A stretch of 64,000 nucleotides of DNA from Prasinococcaceae sp. CCMP 1430. Lineage: Eukaryota > Plantae > Prasinodermophyta. Below are positions 51,923 to 62,300 of the stretch, one piece after another. A program made the position numbers and the translations under genes. The notes below the pieces were generated by a model. It was not told the origin of the DNA. It searched no databases and saw only the letters and a list, made by a program, of their open reading frames with translations. Location of the stretch: positions 69,144 to 133,143 of the forward strand of contig RQSC01000907.1 in assembly GCA_013416795.1 (NCBI GenBank), written 5' to 3'. Each line of letters opens with the position of its first letter. Positions within the stretch are counted from its first letter, which is position 1.

Positions 51923-53731
51923 ATGTTGGCCTCGCCGCGGCGGTCCATATCGTCAGCTTCCGCGTACGAGGGGTTTGTCGATGTCGACACGCTGGATGAC
52001 GGGGGTCTGGACGCTGAGCTCGCTCCGGCCGCAGAGGGAGGCGAGGTGTTCCAGCAGCAGCTTGGCGCTGGTAGGGATGAGGCCGAAGGCCGGGGCGGCG
52101 AACGAGCGCAAGACGAAGACACCGCCATGGTCACACCCGGCCTCAGGCTGAGCCCGGATGGCGCGCGAGGAACTAGGCGGCAAGGGAGGCGCGCCGGGGC
52201 TGCGTATTCACCGAGCACGGGCATAGGTAGCAACCGCGTCGGACTGCAGGCCGGTGACGTGCTCGAGCCGCCCGACGACGGGGCAGGGCTCGTGTACCTC
52301 GACAGGACGGGGCGCAGCGGCCGAGCTGGTCACATCGAAATGGATGAGGCGGGCGGCCACGGCGTGGCCGCTGGGCCCGACCGTGGGCGGAGCGCGCGCA
52401 GGGGGAGCCCCTCCAAGAACGCGGGCGGCGTCGGAGCAGGCAGCATCAAAGTCCTTCGGGGTCCTTGCTGCCCGGCCAAAGCTCTGAACGACCGCCGTCG
52501 GCGTCCGCGGTACTGGGGGCAGGCTCCGCCGTGGGCGATCGGCACGGTTGTGACGGTCGTGGCCGCGCTTGGCCACAGCATTGCGATTGAATCGATGGAG
52601 CTGCGTTGGGCACGCGCCGTCGCGCACGTGCTGGGTGTGCTGTGCGCCGCGCTGTCGCTGGCGAACCTGTACATGGTGTGGTACACAGACCCTGGTGTGA
52701 TCGCGCCAGGGCCGCGCTGCAAGGACGTCGTGGACGTTTGCGCACCGCCGCTGCTTCCACCTGGGCTCGGCGAGGATCCGACCATTCAGGCGGACAGCGC
52801 AGGCGCCTTCACGCGCGCCGTTGAGGTCAAGCGGCGGGATGGGGGCACTACGAAGGTCACGTACCGCTGGTGCCACACGTGCGACACCTGGCGAGGGCCG
52901 CGCGCTCACCACTGCTCCGTGTGTGGATTCTGCATCGATCGCTTCGACCATCACTGCCCTGTGGTGGGGAACTGCGTCGCCAAGGGCACACACAGGTTTT
53001 TCACCGCGTTTCTGCTCATCGACGCGCTCGGCTGCCTCGTATACGCCGTCGCCGCCTCGGTTGCGCTGCACGAGATACGCTTCAACTTGGAGCTTGGCAA
53101 GACCTACGTGCTGCTGCTGATAGCTGTCGTCTGTTTCTATTTGTTCTTCGCGCTGCTGGTGTTTGGCTTCTCGCACGCATGGATGTTGTGTGTGTCTGAC
53201 ACGACCACGAAGGACATCATCAAGGGCAACAGGAATATGGGCGAACTCCTCCCGCGCCAGCCGCTCAGGGAGCTCCTGTGTGCACCCGTGCGTTCGAAGC
53301 GACGATGGCCGGTGCGGGAGTCGCCCTTTGGGCGCCCGGCCGACGGTCTGGAGCATGGCAGCGGCGCCCCCTCGCTGCCGTCCGAGGACACTGCGGACCC
53401 GCTCGCAGCCGCTGAGCTGGGCATGGCCATAGGCGACGCCGGTAGCGGCGGGCAAACTGTCGGGGACGCCGACATCGGCATCGGCTCTTCGCCGGGCCCC
53501 TCCACACCTCGGCGAAGCTCAGGCGGGATAGAATTGAACCCGTTCCTGCGCACGCTGACGCCTGGCAGGGCCCAAGGGCTTGACGAGCCTGCACTCACAC
53601 GCGGGGGCCTGACCTCACCCCGCTCTTCCAAGTCGAGCATGTCTGTCATCCTAGACGACCACGCAGCCGCCGCCGAAGGCGACGTGGAGGGGCTTGTCGA
53701 GATCGACCCAGATGCAATGGCAGGATACTAA
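51923..53731 (+). CDS. DHHC-type protein S-acyltransferase (palmitoyltransferase)
   Basis: DHHC-CRD RWCHTCDTWRGPRAHHCSVCGFCIDRFDHHCPVVGNCV, with TDPG upstream, flanking TM helices and the TTxE-like TTKD motif. Confidence 0.92.
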   Translation: MLASPRRSISSASAYEGFVDVDTLDDGGLDAELAPAAEGGEVFQQQLGAGRDEAEGRGGERAQDEDTAMVTPGLRLSPDGARGTRRQGRRAGAAYSPSTGIGSNRVGLQAGDVLEPPDDGAGLVYLDRTGRSGRAGHIEMDEAGGHGVAAGPDRGRSARRGSPSKNAGGVGAGSIKVLRGPCCPAKALNDRRRRPRYWGQAPPWAIGTVVTVVAALGHSIAIESMELRWARAVAHVLGVLCAALSLANLYMVWYTDPGVIAPGPRCKDVVDVCAPPLLPPGLGEDPTIQADSAGAFTRAVEVKRRDGGTTKVTYRWCHTCDTWRGPRAHHCSVCGFCIDRFDHHCPVVGNCVAKGTHRFFTAFLLIDALGCLVYAVAASVALHEIRFNLELGKTYVLLLIAVVCFYLFFALLVFGFSHAWMLCVSDTTTKDIIKGNRNMGELLPRQPLRELLCAPVRSKRRWPVRESPFGRPADGLEHGSGAPSLPSEDTADPLAAAELGMAIGDAGSGGQTVGDADIGIGSSPGPSTPRRSSGGIELNPFLRTLTPGRAQGLDEPALTRGGLTSPRSSKSSMSVILDDHAAAAEGDVEGLVEIDPDAMAGY

Positions 53732-53789
53732 ACAATCACGCAATCTTACAATGTGGCGACACCAGGGCGCGCGGGCGCGCTGAGCGGGG

Positions 53790-54956
53790 CTAGGTCGACG
53801 CGACCCCGTACGCGCCCACGCCTGACACCGCCTCCGGCGCCATCATCCCGTACGCATCCACATGTGTGCTCGCACGCAGGCTCACTCCATTGAAGTACTC
53901 CACCACAGTCGTGACGTCAGCGGCCACCGCTATGTTGTAGTCAGGTCTGAATGGTTGCTGCTTCGGCACTTGGCCAAAGGGGCTCAAGGCGCTCATCCAG
54001 CCGCTCTTTGCCGCACTGCGCGCGCTCGTCGGAGCTGCCGATGGCCCGACGCGCACAGTGAGGCACCCGGCCTGTCTAGCAGCAAAAAGCACGCCGCCCG
54101 CGCTGCCAGCGCCGCCCTTGCCACCCTGTTGTGCATCCCTTCCGACCACCAGAATGCTTTTCGGCTCCTTGCCCCAGCGCACGCACACGCTCGTTATGAC
54201 ATCTGAGGCGAGCGAGGGGTCATCTGGGAGCTCCGTAATGTGCGAGTCGAATGCGAAGCCGCCCAATTGTGAGAGCAGCTGCGCCGAGGGAAAGTGCTCT
54301 TGTGCCGCGGCAAACGACAGAAGGCCTTGCTTCAGGCGGCGCTCGCGCAAGTGCGCGAGAGCGACCTTGGCACCTGGTGACGCGTTCCAGCTCGCCGGTG
54401 TACCTCCTGATTCCGCAGTACCTGCGCTGGCCCTTGGAGCAATGCCCGTGCTCTTGCCGGCGGCCGCGCGCATCTTGATCTGCTGAAGGCGCGCAGCGTA
54501 CTTGCCGCGCACTGCAGCGGACTCATCGGCGGCTGGAAGCGAGGGCGCGCCCGCGACGCTACTGGGCGTCTGGCGATGCGCACCACCATTTGAGAACGCA
54601 TTCGGAGCCATCACCATGCCGTCCCTGCCCCCGTCCGGCCCGTCCTCCAATGGATGCAACACGTCCATCCAAGTCGGTCCGTCCACCTTGTTCGCTTCGA
54701 GCGTCGCGGCGAGCTCCGCCTCAGCCTGAGCGAACGACCCCACCGGAAGGCCCCCATCCTCGCTGCCCCCCCTTGCGACGCAGCCGCCGCCATGCGCGCG
54801 CTCCACCTCGGCTGGCGTGCCCTCGGGCGGCCGCAGCATCAAAGCGTCGCTAGTGTAGATCACCCCCGCGATGAGACCGCGCGCGCCGCGATTGCAGCGA
54901 GGCGCGCGCAGCGCGCGCAACAGCGCCCCTCGCGCCGCCGCCGCCGCCGCCGCCAT
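53790..54956 (-). CDS. HAD-like fold protein with degenerate catalytic motifs, probable mitochondrial presequence
   Basis: N-terminus MAAAAAAARGALLRALRAPRCNRGARG. IAGVIYTSDALM resembles HAD motif I, and the C-terminal KEPKSILVVGRD...AARQAGCLTVRV...PDYNI resembles the HAD motif III/IV region. Confidence 0.55.
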   Translation of the reverse strand: MAAAAAAARGALLRALRAPRCNRGARGLIAGVIYTSDALMLRPPEGTPAEVERAHGGGCVARGGSEDGGLPVGSFAQAEAELAATLEANKVDGPTWMDVLHPLEDGPDGGRDGMVMAPNAFSNGGAHRQTPSSVAGAPSLPAADESAAVRGKYAARLQQIKMRAAAGKSTGIAPRASAGTAESGGTPASWNASPGAKVALAHLRERRLKQGLLSFAAAQEHFPSAQLLSQLGGFAFDSHITELPDDPSLASDVITSVCVRWGKEPKSILVVGRDAQQGGKGGAGSAGGVLFAARQAGCLTVRVGPSAAPTSARSAAKSGWMSALSPFGQVPKQQPFRPDYNIAVAADVTTVVEYFNGVSLRASTHVDAYGMMAPEAVSGVGAYGVAST

Positions 54957-55453
54957 GGCCAGCGGAGCGGCGCGCGCCTGCGCGCGACGCACGGCGCCGC
55001 GACTGGGCCCGAGATCGGTGGGTCGCCCGCCTACGTCACGGTGGACGAGGGCGAGCCAGCCACGCTCACCCGTGGCGCGCCCCGCGCGCTCTGTGGGGTG
55101 CCGCCGCTGCCCTTGAAAGCTGCTCGGAGCGAATAAACCCTCTTTGGGTTCAGCCCTGAAGTAACCGTAAAGATCCCTTCTGGGCAGGCCTGCGACAGAC
55201 AGACACACCCGTTTGGACATTCAATCATCAATGTTGCGGATTCGTGTGCAGATAAAAGTGCGTAATCCGCAATTTGTGATTTCATTAGGTTATCAAATTT
55301 GCGCGCGGTGACCATTTCGGCATTAGTGAAATGCGAACCCTATCCGCTCGCGCTCGGGCGCGCGCGCACGGCGCGCAGGCGCGGCACGGCGGCGAGCGCA
55401 GCGAGCGCGCATGGGTGCGTGGTGTGGCGTCTGACGCCGCCAGCGGGGAAGCG

Positions 55454-56186
55454 ATGGCCACGCTCGCTGCCGCTGCCGCGCAGCGCCGCGCAGCGCCAGC
55501 GCGGCGCGTGGTCTGCCGCTGCAGGGTACGCCGGCGCGCAGCGCGAGGCTGTGGCAGCAGTGGCGACACGGGCGCGCAGGTGGGGGGGAACTCCGCGGAG
55601 AGCGTGGTTGCGCTTGCAGGGCGTGCTGCGGCAGCAGCACTTGCGATCTCATTTGCGCTCGGGCCGGTTGCGCCCGCGGATGCCGTCGTGCGCCGCTCGG
55701 TGCGCGGCGGTGGCACGATCAGCTCGGCCAGCGGCGCGACAGACACCGAGCTCTATTCGACGCGCACGTCGAGCGGGCCGTCGATGGAAGACAAGAGGAA
55801 AGATGTGCCGCAGTCTTTGGGCGCTGATGATGGAGCGAAGGTGCGCGCGCACGGCCCATGCCCTCGCGCGAGCGAGCGCCCGGCGTGCGTGTGACACCCC
55901 CGCTGACCCGCCGGGCGCCACGTTGGCGACGCGGTGACATGCTGCACCCCGACGAAAATGCGCGCCCGAGCAGCCCTTCCGCATCGAGCGGCCGGTGTCG
56001 CCCGCCGCGGAAAACTGCACGCGCAAGTGCGTCGCGACGTGCACGCGCGGCACGCAGAGCTCCTTTAACGTGCGCAAGGGCCCGGCTGACATCGTCTTCC
56101 AGGAAGGCTTTCGCCCACGAGAGTATTGCCTCTCGGAGTGCTCCCAGGTGTGCAACATTCTCTCTGAGAAGGGAAAGTTGCGCTGA
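55454..56186 (+). CDS. Cys-rich plastid protein with bipartite (thylakoid-lumen-type) targeting sequence
   Basis: Model: exons 55454..55840 and 55974..56186 (199 aa). An R/A-rich transit peptide, a hydrophobic stretch ending in A-x-A (LAISFALGPVAPADA), and a C-terminal CTRKCVATC...YCLSECSQVC. Confidence 0.7.
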
Positions 56187-56220
56187 ATAGTCTACCATAG
56201 TAGTAATAATTACGTGTAGT

Positions 56221-56834
56221 CTAGCTTATATAGGCCTTTGCGCGCGCGTCTCTGAGCTCAGCTTCTAGAGCCGCGACGCGAGCTCGCGAGTCGCTCAGCG
56301 CTTTGACCAGCATTGCTTGCTCGACGTCTTGTGCCGTGGCGACCACTGCCAGCGAGCGAGCGTCGACATCGGCAGCGGCCTGCGCGTGCGATGACGCGGC
56401 CGCGTTAAGTGTGCGATGATGCCACGCTCGCCGAGAGCCATCGCGGTGTTAGCCAAGGGACCGCTTCGCAAGCAAGCGATGCGCGCGTCCTGCCACGCGC
56501 ACGAATCCGGCACAGCCAGCAGCCGCACCTTGAGCGCTCTCATCTCTCCCAGCGCCGCCGCCGCAATTTCCTTCACCCTTCGACCTTCTGCGATCGCACT
56601 CTCCGCCTCGGCCGCTGCTGCCCGCACGGCATCCAATTCTGTGTCCAGCTCGAGCACGGCACGCGCGAGCGCCTTCGTCTCGAACTCGGCGCGCGTCGCC
56701 TTGCTGACTGCGGCGAGGCGACGCCAATCGCAAAACGCACCGCGTCGCGCACGCTGCCCGCAGCGCGCCCGCGCAGCGGACGACGCGCCACCCGTCGCTC
56801 CACTGCCGCCCGCACTCCCGCGCGGGGCCACCAT
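56221..56834 (-). CDS. Small coiled-coil hypothetical protein
   Basis: Model: exons 56834..56529 and 56379..56221 (phase 0 intron GTGCGG...CGCAG). Heptad-rich in both exons. Confidence 0.55.
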
Positions 56835-57258
56835 TCCTGCCCCTTAGCTTTCCCCCGCGCGCTGGCTCTGTCCGTCTTCGTGCGCTCGCTTCACTCTCTC
56901 ACTCGCGCCACCGCCTCGGTCTCAGACACACACGCCCGCGCCCCCGCGCACCGTCAACGTCCCTCTTCCCCCCCCAAACACACCAAAACCACTAAGCCAC
57001 TAAGCCCTCCGCACCCCGCGTGCCTGCCCGCCCCCCGGCCGCGCCGCTGGGGGGGGCTCTCACGGGCGCGGCTGTGTGCCACCGCGGCGTGCGCGCGCGC
57101 GCCCGCAGTGCCCGGAGCAACAGTCACAATAGCGCTTTGGGGAACCGCCGCCCGCATTCGGGTTCAGGTCGGAATTTTCGGCACAACAATTGGGGGTGCA
57201 ATGTAGGGTTAGAATGGTTGGAGCTTGAGCGCCCTCCTGCCGGCGAGCGGTACCGCCT

Positions 57259-58023
57259 CTACCTGGCCGCACCGGCGCCACTAGCACGCGGCTCTACGCC
57301 ACGAATGCGCAGGAGGTTGTCCAGGCGCTTGCCAACGAGCATGTCGGGCAGGGCGCGCCGATTCACGTCGACGAGCTCGCAGAGCCAGCGCGGGTGGACG
57401 TCGGCGACGCACAGTATGCCCACCCCCCAGAAGAGCAGCGGCGCGGCCGCGTGACCGAGCACCGCGGCGGCACCGAGCGGCGTGAGGCGGAGCGCCCTTC
57501 TCATGACGTAGGCGCCGAGCACGTGCTGGGCGCTGCCAGTCGTGAGGATGCCCATTCCGAGCGCCATGAGGGCGAATCCGCCCAGAGGGGGCGTGTCGTT
57601 CTCCATGCACTCGTCAGCATCGTTCGACGCGCGCCGGAAGTGCACGAACGACATGCCCAGCCCGGAGGTTGCCAGGCCGTTGCGCACCCAGTTGAGCTGC
57701 TGATTCTCAAGTGCCATCCACTTCTCCCACGCGGCCTCTGCCGCCTGCTCCGCAGCCGCGCCGCCGCCATCCGCCGCCGACGACGCGTGCCCGCGCCCGC
57801 GAGCGCCGCCCATCTCCGCCTTGGCGGCGCTCTTGCTCTTGCGGCCGCGCGGCGCAGCATGCCCCCGCCGTCGAACCCCGCGCGCGAGGGTCAGCGGCCC
57901 AGGACCGTCTGGGGCGCGCGCGGAGGGGCGCACCCCGGACAGGGCCCAAGGAGGCGCAGCAGCCGCGCCTCCAGCGCTCTGTGGCACGCAAGCAGCGAGT
58001 CCCCCTACCCCACACCGTGTCAT
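57259..58023 (-). CDS. DUF202 (YidH/VTC1-like) membrane protein with N-terminal extension
   Basis: WMALENQQLNWVRNGLATSGLGMSFVHF resembles the DUF202 motif LANERTFLAWxRTxLxxxxxG and is followed by two more hydrophobic helices. The start is uncertain. Confidence 0.65.
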   Translation of the reverse strand: MTRCGVGGLAACVPQSAGGAAAAPPWALSGVRPSARAPDGPGPLTLARGVRRRGHAAPRGRKSKSAAKAEMGGARGRGHASSAADGGGAAAEQAAEAAWEKWMALENQQLNWVRNGLATSGLGMSFVHFRRASNDADECMENDTPPLGGFALMALGMGILTTGSAQHVLGAYVMRRALRLTPLGAAAVLGHAAAPLLFWGVGILCVADVHPRWLCELVDVNRRALPDMLVGKRLDNLLRIRGVEPRASGAGAAR

Positions 58024-58210
58024 CAAGACGCCTCTGAGTGCACCAACCAACTTTCGTGTCCGTTTCGTTGCAAGTCAAAATGAACGTATCAATGCGAGAG
58101 ATCAAAAAAAGTGCGCGCTCTCGCGCGCGCGTGGCGGATCACTCGCCGGTGCGGCCGCGACGCGGCACACAGCGCGCACGCGCTCGCGGGCGGGCCGGGG
58201 AGAAGAGGGG

Positions 58211-59148
58211 ATGGCTCGGGCGGCGCGGGCGGTCTTGGCGCGCGGCGTCGCGCCGGAAGTCACGCGCCGCGCGCGCGCGCGCGCCTGCGGCGGCGGCGAG
58301 CGCGCGACGCCGTGGGAGGGACCACAGGTCGCCGTGCCGCGCAACGTGCTCGGCGGAGAGCTGGAGTGCTGCTGCGCGAACGTGCGCGGGACAGGGATAG
58401 GCACCGGGTTTTACCGCGACGGCTTCTGCAGCACGGGCGCCGACGACGTGGGCAGGTGCGCTGTGCATCCCGCCCCGGCGCGTGCCCCTGCACCTATGCC
58501 TATGCCTCCGCCCGATCGCTCACGCACCAACCCTCGTACGCACACGTGCGCGCACGCAGGCACACCGTGTGCATCGTGGCAACCGCCGAGTTTCTGGCTT
58601 TCAGTGCGTCCGTCGGCAATCCGCTCCACGCTCCTGTGAAAGAGTACATGGTGCGTTGCTCCAGGCGCTTGCCAGTGCGTCAGTGGCAAAAGCGTGCCCA
58701 AGCGCCCCAAGCTGAAAGTACTAGTGCAAAGTTCATCGTACGTGTCTGACCGCGCGCTTGCCAAGTTCCCCGGAGTGGCTCCGGGCGACCGCTGGTGCCT
58801 TTGCGCGTCGCGCTGGGCGCAGGTGCGTCGCGCTGCATGCATGCGTGCGCGAATGGCAGCCCGAATGCATGTTAGCCTCGGCGCATTTGCTGGAGCGCTC
58901 GCTAGGGGTGCTGCTGTTGACGAGGCGGCGCGTGCATGTTGCGCTTGCGTCGCGAAATGTAGGCACACGCGGCGGGAGCCGCCCCCCCTCTTATCTTGCG
59001 TGCCACACACGAGGCTACGCTTCGCCATGCGCGCCTCGAGGACATAATGGCCTTCGCTGTCGACAGTGAGGAAGCGAAGGCGGATGTGGAGAGACTCGAT
59101 GCGATGCGAGAGAAGCTGGCGCGCTCCGTCGACATGAGCGATGAGTAG
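58211..59148 (+). CDS. DUF2237 family protein with organellar presequence
   Basis: Model: exons 58211..58455, 58560..58650, 58766..58822 and 58963..59148. Splicing restores NVLGGELECC...TGFYRDGFCSTG.DD.GRHTVC...EFL.FS..VGN...FPGVAPGDRWCLCASRWAQA..AG.APPLIL.ATHE.TL. Confidence 0.88.
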
Positions 59149-59325
59149 CCAGGCGACGGGAGCCCATGCGCACAGAATGCGTGGAGTGGACGTGCTTAAC
59201 TCGCCAATGTACGCAGACTTGCACAGCCCGCACGCACAGACACACCACGCGCATACACACGGACACATGCACAACACGTTGTGTTGCAGGTCGGGGCCTG
59301 TGAGAATTCGTATTAGCTCAGCGCT

Positions 59326-62300
59326 CTAGTCGGCTGCCCCCCGCGACTGCTCACAACTGGGCTCTGCACCCTGGTCTCCGCTGTTGCGCTGCACGACCTT
59401 GTGCCACCGGCTCGGCGTGCGCACCAATCTTGCCATCTGTACCCTCTCCACACGCACGCGGGCGTCGCGGGCGAGGCCCATTGTCTCGGCGACGCCTTGC
59501 GCTGCGAGAGCGACCGCCCCAAACACTCCGCTCAGCGGCTTCAAAAAGACGCCCGCGATGCCCGCCTGACCCGTCACACCTCGCTCGACAGCTTCACCGA
59601 GATGGTCGATTCCAGCCGCGAGCCCAAGCGCAAAGCTCTCAACCTTCACTGTCTGCTCCTGTGGCCGCTGCGACGACAGCAGTGCCCTGCTCGTGCTTTC
59701 TGTCCCGACGTCGTCTTGCACCTGCCGTCCTTTTTTCTTCAACTGGAGTGTGTGGTCGATAATGCGAGCGACAGCGCCGGCGAAGCCTCCCACGGCATCG
59801 ACGCCCCACGCGCTGGTGTTTCGAACCAAACCCACCCCCCCAGCAGCGGCGCCGGCGATGGCAGCCGCCGGATCCAAATTGATCAAACTCTGCAGAGGCG
59901 TAGTGACCATGTCCTGGACGCCAGAGCCCATGCTGCGCGTGCGATTGATACAAGCAAAAGCGGCGTCACATGCGACTAGCGTTAGCAACGACACTATGCC
60001 GCGGCGAGGAGCAGAACGGGGAGCGCTTGGCGACGGTTGCGCGCGCGCACCTGGAAAACAAACGCGCCGGATTGCCAAGAACATTCAGGCTCGCAAGCAG
60101 CGTCGGTGCGGCCATGATTGCGCCAGCCATGTAGTGTTGTCCGAAGGTACGTGCGACGGTGTTGGGGCTCTCAACAAGGTGGGCCAGGTGCACCGCGCCC
60201 AGCGCCAGAGGCATGCCATCAACGTCGACCGGCGCTGCCGAGGTCGATACTCGCAGGTACAGCAGCGCACGGATTTCCGACACCTCGATCTTGCGCAAAA
60301 AGAGCGCGTGGGGGTCTGAAAGCGATTCGCACTCTTCCGAATCGCCAGCGTCAGCATGGGGAGGGTGCTGTCCGTTTGTGCCGTCAATCGCATGAGCATC
60401 TGCTCGATCGTCGCCACGCAGCATATCCATGAGGCACTTTAGCAGTGCCACCGTTTCGTCGTCGACGTTGGCTGTAAAAGCTAGCGGCATGCTCACTCTC
60501 GCACAGCGCACCCACGTGCGTTGCAGCGCATCCCATCTCAGTCGCTGCTCCTCTCGCCTCCATAGGACACGACAGAGGCCGAGCGTCGCGCGAACGGAAG
60601 GTGCAGCGCCGGGCCGCGACGCCAGTCCAAGCATCGGCGCAGGGGCGTTGCTCCGCAATACAACAGGGAATTGGCAACACCTATCGCTCTCTACCTGCAC
60701 TGCGGTGACCTCGAGGTCGAACGTGTTCTCCTCCATTGCCGCGAACACGCCCCTGTCCTCTCGGCGTTGCACGAAACCGACGCGCAAGCCCGTGAGGGCA
60801 ACGGTGAGAAGCTCTCCTGCGGACCTGCCTTTGCCTTCGCACCGCGATCCTCCCTCAACAACAAGGACCAGCACCAGAGACGGCACGGACACCTGCACGT
60901 CGTAGCAGGAAACGTCGGTGCGCTGCGAGCCTGAGCTGAGCACGACCACACGCGTGCCACAGCCCGTCTGAAGCACATCTGCATGCATGCCTGCTCCTAT
61001 TTCTACTCGCTCGCCGTCCTCGAGCACAATCGGAGCGCTGAATGGAGCACTGCCGGGTGAGCTTGAGGCGTCCGCGCCTGCTGCATCCGCAGCAGCCGCC
61101 TCGCGTACGACTAAAGCTGCTCGTCGTTGTGTATTGAGCTCAGCAAGCAAGCAGTCCTCGCTGTCCACATGCGGACACAAGCGCGCCGCGGTTTCTTTCC
61201 CTGAGATGCACACTGTGCCACGCGCAGGTATCCTAGCCACGGCCTCGCAGTCGGCATCTTTGGGCCGCCAGTGGGCAACCTCGAGCGTTCTTGTGCCGTC
61301 GTTAAGCACGACCACATCCGGGGATGCATCTGAGCCGCCCCTGCCCGCATTGCCAGATTTCCTGCGGGTCGTACCCAAAGCGATGATGTCAGCGAGCCCC
61401 TCCGGGGACGCGTGGATTTCGGCCTTGCCCGTCGCTGCGGCCTTCACAGTGATCGGCTTGCCTCGATGCCGTAGTACTGTGAGCGATGCTGCGCAAGGCA
61501 GTAGCAGCGGCGAGCTTTCGTTGTGCGCATTGTTGTGCTCGGCGGACCACTCACGCGCGCGCACGTCCACCGTTTGACCATAAGAAAACATGCTCAGCTC
61601 GACCGACAGATCCGCCGCGTCGACGGACAATACCACGCCAGGCACCTGCGAGTCCACCGTGCGGCACAGCAGCACGGACATCCCAGCCGGCGCGAAACGC
61701 AGGTGGAGGTATGGCGCCTCTGTGCACTCTTCTTTATCGCGTGGTTTGGCCTCCTGGGTTTTCGACCCCCTCACGATGCGATACGCACATATGAGGTCCC
61801 AGATCACGTTGCGGTAGGCACCGAAGTGAGACATGCTCCACCGGACGTCGACATGTGAAGGAGAGGTAATCTCAACGTGCGTAGTGGGATCATTGCACGG
61901 CGTCGAGATAACGACGTCGAAATCAGCCCTGTGTAGCAGAGGCAGCCTTGCGCGCGCGCCCGGCACCCATGCAAACGCATCAAGACCGCGAAACGACAGC
62001 AACGTGCCCACGGGGCTCGAGGCGGCGTCGGTGCCAGCCTCCACAGCTTGTGCATCGCTCGACACCGTCAGACGTGCACGCTCAGCAGACTGCAGGAAAA
62101 GGCCATACAATGACGACCTTGGCACCTGGCCGTGCGTGGATTCGGCGCATATGTCGGCCAAGTCCAGCACGAATTGCAAGGGGGTGCGGTGCAAGGCAAG
62201 GCCGGAGGCCTTGAGGCGAGTCTCGATGGCGCCATCGACATCCGCATGGGTCACAGAGAAATTCACGAATTCGGCGCTGACGGTCACCTCGACCAGGCTG

